Part shown: positions 7,834 to 15,000 of the stretch, in pieces | Layout of the letters: every line of letters starts with the position of its first letter | Numbering within the stretch: the first letter of the stretch is position 1 | Assembly (NCBI GenBank): GCA_045657465.1 | Contig: JAZOTD010000036.1 | Coordinates: 11,372 to 51,371 of the forward strand | DNA from: Clostridia bacterium | Lineage (GTDB): Bacteria; Bacillota; Clostridia; Christensenellales; UBA1242 | Reading direction: 5' to 3' | DNA length: 40,000 nt | Made by a program: the position numbers and the translations under genes | The notes under the pieces: model-generated | What the model was told of the DNA's origin: nothing | Database searches by the model: none | Seen by the model: only the letters and a program-made list of their open reading frames with translations

Positions 7834-8774
7834 TATTCATTATCCTCCTTTGGTTTTTTATTGAATACTTTTTCTACCTTTGCACCTTTAGCATTCTTTT
7901 TCTTCTTACCTTTCTTTGTCGCAGGTTCTTCAGGTTCAACTTCTTTAACTTCTTCTGCAGGTTTTTCGCTAGCAGTCATTTCTTCTGGCGGCTTGTCAGT
8001 GATTTCATTCATATCAACCACTTCGTTAGCACTTTCCTTTTCGTTGATTTCTTCAACTTTTTCACCATCAATCTTATTTGTTTCAATTTGATTTGCAAGA
8101 AGTCTTTGACGTCTTAAATTGTCATATTGGAAAACTTTTTCATTTCTAATCTTTTTCAATATCTTTTGATATTCAATTTGTTTTTTCGTAACTTTATTGG
8201 CAATAGCCTTATGAATAACCTCAGCAAGGAATGCAATAATACCCATCCATAACAAGTTAAACACTTGAGTTCTGCAGAATGCATGACCAGTAAATCCAAA
8301 CAATTGTCTTTCAAAAACTGTTCCATAAGCTAAAAATTCTTTAAACACACTATACACAAAGCCCATTAACGCAAACACAAACATAGCTCTCAAAACTTTA
8401 TACAAATAGTTTTTAGCAACCGCTTTTGTGTTGATATAAATGATATCAATACTCAAGATTGTTGTAGCAATAACTGACAAAAATCCTTCTTCGTGAACAT
8501 GCACATGAAGTCCAAAAAGTTCATATTTTTCAATAACAAAATCTAAAAGCGTCACAATAAACACTGACAATATTGCAGTCACAAACACTTTAACCGAACG
8601 ACTAAAGAATTTGTTAAACACCAAGCACACCAGTGCAGATATTAAATAACAAATACATGTAGCAATAATGAAATATATCGCATAGTTTGAATGAGCCATA
8701 ACAAACATTAGTGGACATAACGCCAAAATTGCGATATGCACAAAGCTCATTTCAATATTAGTTTTTAAATGCAT
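7833..8774 (-). CDS. rnfE: RnfE-like integral membrane subunit with a long charged C-terminal tail
   Basis: The N-terminus AILALCPLMFV matches the RnfE/NqrD G(L/I)CP motif, and about 6 TM segments follow. I place the start at the ATG at 8774 (track M4), because SD GGAGGTG (8781-8787) lies 6 nt upstream. Track residues 196-316 form a K/E-rich low-complexity tail. Confidence 0.6.
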   Translation of the reverse strand: MHLKTNIEMSFVHIAILALCPLMFVMAHSNYAIYFIIATCICYLISALVCLVFNKFFSRSVKVFVTAILSVFIVTLLDFVIEKYELFGLHVHVHEEGFLSVIATTILSIDIIYINTKAVAKNYLYKVLRAMFVFALMGFVYSVFKEFLAYGTVFERQLFGFTGHAFCRTQVFNLLWMGIIAFLAEVIHKAIANKVTKKQIEYQKILKKIRNEKVFQYDNLRRQRLLANQIETNKIDGEKVEEINEKESANEVVDMNEITDKPPEEMTASEKPAEEVKEVEPEEPATKKGKKKKNAKGAKVEKVFNKKPKEDNE

Positions 8775-9687
8775 TTCTAACACCTCCTAACGCCAAAGGC
8801 TTAAGAACTAAATATTTGTCCATTATAGGAACAAGCATATTCATAAACAAAGCAACTGCAAAGATTGAATTTTCTCCAAGCTTTCCAGTGCTCCAAACAA
8901 GTGCAGAAAGCACACCAAATAAAAGTGAATATAAAATCTTGCCAATAAACGTGTTTGGTGATGTGTTAGGATCAGTAATCATAAACACTGACACGAAAAT
9001 AAACGAACCTGAAAACATATTCATGACAGTTTCTTCAAGTCCACCAAGCATCATCCCAGTAACAAAATAACCAATCACTGCAAGTAGTGGAAGTTTAAAA
9101 TCAACCACACCTGAATAAACCAAGAATGCATAACAAATAACCAAGATAATCACACAAGTGGTTCCAATTCCACCAACACTCTCACCCACAAGCAAGTTTG
9201 TAAGTGTGTTAGTTCCACCAAGTGCAATCGATGTCATTTGTTCGCCATTAAGTGTGATTTGATAAAACTCAGAAGCAACCATGCTTGAAATAACACCAGT
9301 CATACATCTTCCCACAAGTGCAGGATTAAACTTGTTTCTTCCAAGCCCACCGAATGCCATCTTTGCAACAAATATTGAAACAAAAGCACTAATCATAACA
9401 AAATGCCAAGGAATTCCAATAGGCATCGTAAGTGCCAGAATAAAACCTGTTACAACACAAGAAAAATTATCAACATAAAATTTCTTTTTTGCGATAAGGT
9501 TAAACAATCCTTCAAAAACCAAGCAAGAAACAACCCCAACAGCAACAATTAACAATGCTTTAATTCCAAAAAATAACGTTCCATAAATTGCAGGCAACAA
9601 CAACGCCACTGCCACATACAAAAACATCTTATTTGTATCATTACCACTACGAACAAATGGAGCGTGTGAAACTACAAACTTTTCCAT
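8758..9687 (-). CDS. rnfD: RnfD-like subunit (NqrB/RnfD family)
   Basis: Motifs read: VSHAPF (compare SSPH), FGGLGRNKFNPALVGR, MITDPNTSP, FAVALFMNMLVPIMD. SD GGAGGTG lies 7 nt upstream. The start overlaps the rnfC stop as TAATG. Confidence 0.8.
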   Translation of the reverse strand: MEKFVVSHAPFVRSGNDTNKMFLYVAVALLLPAIYGTLFFGIKALLIVAVGVVSCLVFEGLFNLIAKKKFYVDNFSCVVTGFILALTMPIGIPWHFVMISAFVSIFVAKMAFGGLGRNKFNPALVGRCMTGVISSMVASEFYQITLNGEQMTSIALGGTNTLTNLLVGESVGGIGTTCVIILVICYAFLVYSGVVDFKLPLLAVIGYFVTGMMLGGLEETVMNMFSGSFIFVSVFMITDPNTSPNTFIGKILYSLLFGVLSALVWSTGKLGENSIFAVALFMNMLVPIMDKYLVLKPLALGGVRNAFKN

Positions 9688-11000
9688 TACTTAACACCTC
9701 CATGTTTTTTATCATAAAATTTTGCTGCAGCAATTCTTTGTGTCAAATAACGTCTTGAAGGACACACATATGAACAGCAACCGCATTCGATACAAGTTTG
9801 AACATTAAGTTTTTTAATCTCGTCAACATTTTCTCTTAAATAAGCTTCATCAATAAGCTTTGGATTTAAAAATACCGGACAAACATTTATGCACTTTCCA
9901 CAAGAAATACATGGAAGTTCTTTTTCTGGAGTAAGCACATCATATTTTAAAAGCAACAATGTGTTTGTCATCAAAGAAACTGAAATGTCTTTGTTGTATT
10001 GTGCTGTGCCTGATAAAACATTTCCATCAACAACTTGACAGTCAGCTTGCGAATCTTCAACACCTGCATATTCAATCAGTTTGTCATAAGATGTGCCGAT
10101 AGGAACAATATAGTTACCCTTTCTAACAATATTGTCACCATCAACAGTAACAATCTTGCTTGTAACTGGCTTGTTAAATTCAACGGCACGACAAAAATCG
10201 AAACAAGACTCAGCTGTTTCAATGGTGATTCCCGCCTCTAAGAAAGATGTGGTTTTATTTATATTCTTTTTACAAATAAGTTTTGCAACAATGTAAGGAT
10301 TGTCAAATGGATACTTGTTTGGAATAAACTTAATTTTGAAGTCATAATTCTTTTTTGTTTCAAGAATATGCTTTTTTACTTTTGCAGCAAGCTTGTAGTT
10401 TGCTTCCGTGAAAACAAATGTGATGTATGACGCACCAGTAATATTCATAAAATACTTGGCACCATTAACAACTTCTTCAAGTCTATAGTTGACCAAAGTT
10501 TGATTGATTGAATTGTTTGGATCAGTGCTGTCCATCATAATAACTAATGTCTTATAGGTTCTTGCACCCACATAAGCATACTTTAGGTATGTTGGCATAG
10601 TTGAAATTGTGTCAACCAAACCAGCTTCACGAAGTCTGGTAATAAGTGCGGTGTCTCCAATTGAATCAATTTCTGGCAAGTCTTCAACTTCTTCTTTCGA
10701 ATCATTCATAATCAAAACATGCTTGCAAAGCTCACCATGTGAATTCATTTTTTGCAAGATGTTTAAAACCTTTCCACTGCATGGTGAAAAGATGTTCACA
10801 CCGAACTTTCCTGATGGTTTTGCAATCAATGAACCCTGCTTTACAACATCACCAACGTGAACAACAGGCTCAGCTTCTGCTATGTTTTTTAACTTTAGTG
10901 GCACGTTATAAAATTCAGCTGCTGGCATTTGAGACAAATCAACACCAACGCTCATTTTCTTCATGTATGGATATATACCCTTAAAACTAATTAATCCCAC
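9687..11000 (-). CDS. rnfC: RnfC-like subunit (divergent; retains two C-terminal 4Fe-4S motifs)
   Basis: The N-terminus FKGIYPY corresponds to RnfC FKGG(V/I)HP. A barrel-sandwich-like region follows (VHVGDVVKQGSLIA...SPCSGKV). The C-terminus has CISCGKCINVCP and CIECGCCSYVCP. The track starts at GTG 11012. I prefer GTG 11000 because GAGG lies 6 nt upstream. Confidence 0.7.
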   Translation of the reverse strand: MGLISFKGIYPYMKKMSVGVDLSQMPAAEFYNVPLKLKNIAEAEPVVHVGDVVKQGSLIAKPSGKFGVNIFSPCSGKVLNILQKMNSHGELCKHVLIMNDSKEEVEDLPEIDSIGDTALITRLREAGLVDTISTMPTYLKYAYVGARTYKTLVIMMDSTDPNNSINQTLVNYRLEEVVNGAKYFMNITGASYITFVFTEANYKLAAKVKKHILETKKNYDFKIKFIPNKYPFDNPYIVAKLICKKNINKTTSFLEAGITIETAESCFDFCRAVEFNKPVTSKIVTVDGDNIVRKGNYIVPIGTSYDKLIEYAGVEDSQADCQVVDGNVLSGTAQYNKDISVSLMTNTLLLLKYDVLTPEKELPCISCGKCINVCPVFLNPKLIDEAYLRENVDEIKKLNVQTCIECGCCSYVCPSRRYLTQRIAAAKFYDKKHGGVK

Positions 11001-11029
11001 AATAAACCTCACTTAATATATACAAAAAT

Positions 11030-11058
11030 ATTGTAACAAATTATGGGTTTATTGTAAA
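11030..11058 (-). promoter_or_regulatory. Candidate sigma-A promoter of the rnf-like operon
   Basis: Minus strand reads TTTACA (plus 11053-11058), a 17-nt spacer, then TGtTACAAT (plus 11030-11038), which is an extended -10. Confidence 0.45.
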
Positions 11059-11081
11059 ACAAATTTACCCTTTAAACCAAA

Positions 11082-11462
11082 TTATTGTTTTTTATTTTTC
11101 ATTGCAAGAATGGTTTTTATAGCATAAAAAATACCAACCAAAATAATGAAACTTGCAAACAAAATTCTAAGCAAATTTGAACTAGTTTTAAGCGCAAAAA
11201 GACTCGCAAAAAAAGCCACTATCGTGGCAGGAATTGAAATGCAAAAAAACGCCATGAAATCAATCAATTTATTTTTAATATAAATCACAAAACAAACACT
11301 CGCCAAAACAACAAAACAGATCACATTTGTTGACTGGCAAATAATCTGCTCAACTCCAAAAAACAAACTTAAAAGCGGAATCAAAAAAGTTCCACCACCC
11401 ATACCCATTCCAGCAAAAATTCCCGAAAATGTAGATATTAATAAAATTAGCAAAATCTGCAC
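11082..11462 (-). CDS. Half-size TSUP (TauE/SafE-like) membrane protein, second of a pair
   Basis: 126 aa with 4 TM segments and the motif GMGMGGGTFLIPLL. GTG start with AAGGAG 6 nt upstream. Confidence 0.7.
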   Translation of the reverse strand: MQILLILLISTFSGIFAGMGMGGGTFLIPLLSLFFGVEQIICQSTNVICFVVLASVCFVIYIKNKLIDFMAFFCISIPATIVAFFASLFALKTSSNLLRILFASFIILVGIFYAIKTILAMKNKKQ

Positions 11463-11483
11463 TATTTTCTCCTTATTTCAATG

Positions 11484-11529
11484 TTTTTATATTGTTTTTC
11501 AATGTTTTTTAATGCTTTTTGCGTTTTTT
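11484..11529 (-). other. Array of five helically phased A-tracts (T-tracts on the plus strand)
   Basis: T5-T6 runs at 11484-88, 11495-99, 11505-10, 11516-20 and 11524-29. Start spacings are 11, 10, 11 and 8 bp. The array fills the 65-nt gap between the two TSUP half genes. Confidence 0.6.
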
Positions 11530-11908
11530 AAAACACAATCATGCAAACGCCAGCCACAATTAACACCACTGAAAAGATTAAATCTATAACATTATTTTTT
11601 AATTTTTTCAATAATTTTGTTCCAACCAAGCTTCCAATTACACTCCCTATCCCACACACCAAAACAAGCTTAAAATCAACTTCATTTTTAATAAAATAAA
11701 ACACTGAACTTGACACACACATAAACAGCACACAAGCAAGTGTTGTGGCATGTGCAATCTTAGAATCTTGTTTTGAAACATAGCCAATCATGGGCACAAG
11801 CAAAAGCCCACCACCCGCTCCAAAAAAACCATTAATGAACCCAGCAACCAGTCCAACCGCCACTAGCTCCAAAATTTTTAATAATTCTTTCTTGTTTTTA
11901 TTATCCAC
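11528..11908 (-). CDS. Half-size TSUP (TauE/SafE-like) membrane protein, first of a pair
   Basis: 126 aa with 4 TM segments and the motif GFFGAGGGLLLVPMI. Confidence 0.7.
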   Translation of the reverse strand: MDNKNKKELLKILELVAVGLVAGFINGFFGAGGGLLLVPMIGYVSKQDSKIAHATTLACVLFMCVSSSVFYFIKNEVDFKLVLVCGIGSVIGSLVGTKLLKKLKNNVIDLIFSVVLIVAGVCMIVF

Positions 11909-12095
11909 ATAACTAGTATTCTTTTTTTGACCAGCAATTATAACAATATTTTATAATAGGCTTTTTAAAACCCCAAAATGCCCAATTTTTCTACATTTTT
12001 AAGACTAAAATTTTTGAGAAAAGGTTGATTTTTTTCAACAAATATAATAAAATTAATGTGGTTATTTTTAACAATAAAAATTAGGACGGTTTATA

Positions 12096-15000
12096 ATGAA
12101 GAAATTATCAAAATCATACAGCAAGAACAAAAAGTCAATACTAAGCGCATTCCTTGCATCAGTGTTGGCATTTTCATTTAACTACTCTCCAATTTCAATG
12201 ATTAGCAATCTTGTTAAGACTTCAAATGCTTACAAGTCTTCATCATTGCAATCTTATTATGGCGAAACAACTTCAACTTCTGAATCAAAAGTGAAAGCGT
12301 ATTACCCTGAAGAACTCGCAGAGTATTTTTCTCAAAGCAAAACAAATTTCAACATCGAAACTTATTACAATTCAAGATTCGATGACTTGTTCAAAGGTTA
12401 TGCAAATGACTTTTTGCTAAGCGGAAAAGTGCCTTTTGTTAATCCTGACGGTTCAGACAACCCTGATGCAATGACAAACTATTCAACTCTTGTTAGAAAC
12501 TTCTTGTCAAACAAAAAAGTTTCAACTCTTTATGAATACTTTGAAAACAACAAAACTGACATCAAGGCAGACCTAAACATTTCAGACTTTAGAACATATG
12601 TTGAATATTTCGTATCTCACGAAATCACTTGGACAATCTCTGATGCTGAAACAGGAAAAATCCCAGCAGCATTCACAACCGCCCCAACAAAAACTTATTT
12701 CTACTGTTCATTTGCAAACTTCTTAACCAACACACAAGAAAGTGTTAAATCAACAGATACAAATGGTTTTGACAACCTTCCAGAAGATTACACAGAATCA
12801 CAATTCTATCAATTCTCTCTTTCTTATAAAAGACTCAAAGATGCTGTTGATGCTGAAATCGTTAAAACAATGGCAATCTATTCATATGATGGTCAAACAC
12901 AAAGCAACACCGTTGCAGGCATCGTGGCTGAAGGTGCTCCTGTTTCAAAAGAGTTCTATTATAAAGATAATGAATACACTCCACAAAACACACCAAAAGT
13001 TTCTTATTCACAAAAAACCGTTAACAAAGTAAAAAATAGAATTGTATATTACTTTGGAACTCTTCCAACATTGCCAAGCGGATACACTAGACCAGATCAT
13101 CTTGAAGAATTAGACATAAACAAATTTTATGAAAACCCTCTTCAATATAGATTAACCCTTGACGACGGCTTAGACGACAATGAAGAATATGGTTACATTC
13201 CTGGGATCAACACATTCTATAAATATGAATCAATTCCATTTGCAACCACAAAAAATCAATATGACTTATATGTCGTTGATGACTCTGTTACAGATTTAGA
13301 AAAAACAACTTATGCATCACTTGGCATCACAGTGTTAACTTCTGACGACATCGACAACGACACACAAAACGCTGAAGACCTTCAAGACCTTGGGATTAGC
13401 AAAGCTGATTCAAAATCTTACTTCAAGGTTCCTTATGATTCAACTGCTGAACATGGTGACATCTATTTCAACCAAATCTTCAGTTTCATTGCTTCATCTG
13501 CAACTAAAAACAAAGTTTACAAAATTTTAGAAGAATTGCAAAAAATTGATGCAATACATGGTCTTTATTTAAAATATAAAAACAATGCTGATAATATCGT
13601 TTATTATGACCCTGCTTTAAATGGTGGCAAATCAAAAGAAACTTTCATTGCTGACGCAAAGAAAGAAGAAAACGGCATCTATGACCATTTGGTTATTGAA
13701 TTTGATTACAATAGTTTGTCTGCTGAAGAAAAAGAAAGCTATTGCATCATTCCAACTTCATTCTCTGGTCACAACGTTGGTAGTTACACTCTCTATTTTG
13801 AAAAGACAAAAACTTTCTATCAAGAAACTAACACAACAAACTATGATGGTTACGTAACAAAAGACACACCTGTTGACCCATATGAATATTCATCTCACCT
13901 GATTCCAACAGATTCTTACAAAATGGCTGACTATGGCAAAGAAATTTTTGCTCTAGTTGAAAATAAAGACACAACTGCCAAAGTTACAATTGACTCAACT
14001 GAATATTTTACCGTTGATCAATTTGAACTTGATAAACCTGAAAATAGAAATTTCTATATTGAAGTTCCTGAATACACCTACAACAAAATTTATGGTGCAA
14101 ACAACAGAACCTACAAACTCTATTTCAAACATGAAGCAAAAGCAACAAGACAACTCTATGTTGTTGATGACACTAAATCTGCTTCAACAAACGAGGTTTA
14201 CAAAAATTTATATTACAACGTTATCACTTCTGAAGAATTGAAGCTTAACAAACTCAATTATGTTGCCGTTGAATCAACTGATGCAAACTACAACAAAAAC
14301 TTTAAGCTTTATTATAGATATGATGAAGACACAAAATTTTCTGAACTCTTTGTTCAAAATGAATTTAGAAACACCGGCAGTGACGATAATTCAAAACACA
14401 ACGCCAACGCTGTTTACATTGTCGATGAAGATGTTAAGCCTGATGAACTTGCAAAATATAAAGTAAATTTGTTTAATGTTGTTTCAACAGAAGAATTCAA
14501 CCAAAACAAACACTTCTATGTTTTAATTCAACAAGGTGACGAAAACTATAACTCACAATACACAAAGCTTTATTACAAATATAAAACAGACACAACAAAA
14601 GCTAGTGAAAAAGTTATCTATATCTACACTTCTGGAAAGAGCGACAAATATCAAACTTTCTACAAAAACAACGCTGGTTATGTTGCTTCTGATTATGAGC
14701 TCATTCCATCAACAGACACTGAAAACTATGTTGAAGGTACAAACCTTTATTATAAAAAGAAAAGAGTTCAATCAGCAGTTAATAAGCCACAAATGACTTA
14801 TTATTATTATCAAAACTCTTCAACCGTTTCACTCAAGGCAAACAAATATTATGCTATTTCATTCTATGTTTACACAAACGGTTATTATGATGAAGCAAAG
14901 ACAATGCCTATTGAAGCATCATTCTATTTGTCAGATTCAAATGGCTACGTGTCAAACATTTCCCTTGAACACATCTCATCTCAAGGCAAATGGACAAAAT

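Noticed and set aside
7836-8198. The possibility that the missing RnfG is fused to the C-terminus of RnfE.
   Set aside because: The tail is K/E/P-rich and low-complexity. It has no TM helix, no FMN_bind-like beta-rich sequence and no (S/T)GAT motif.
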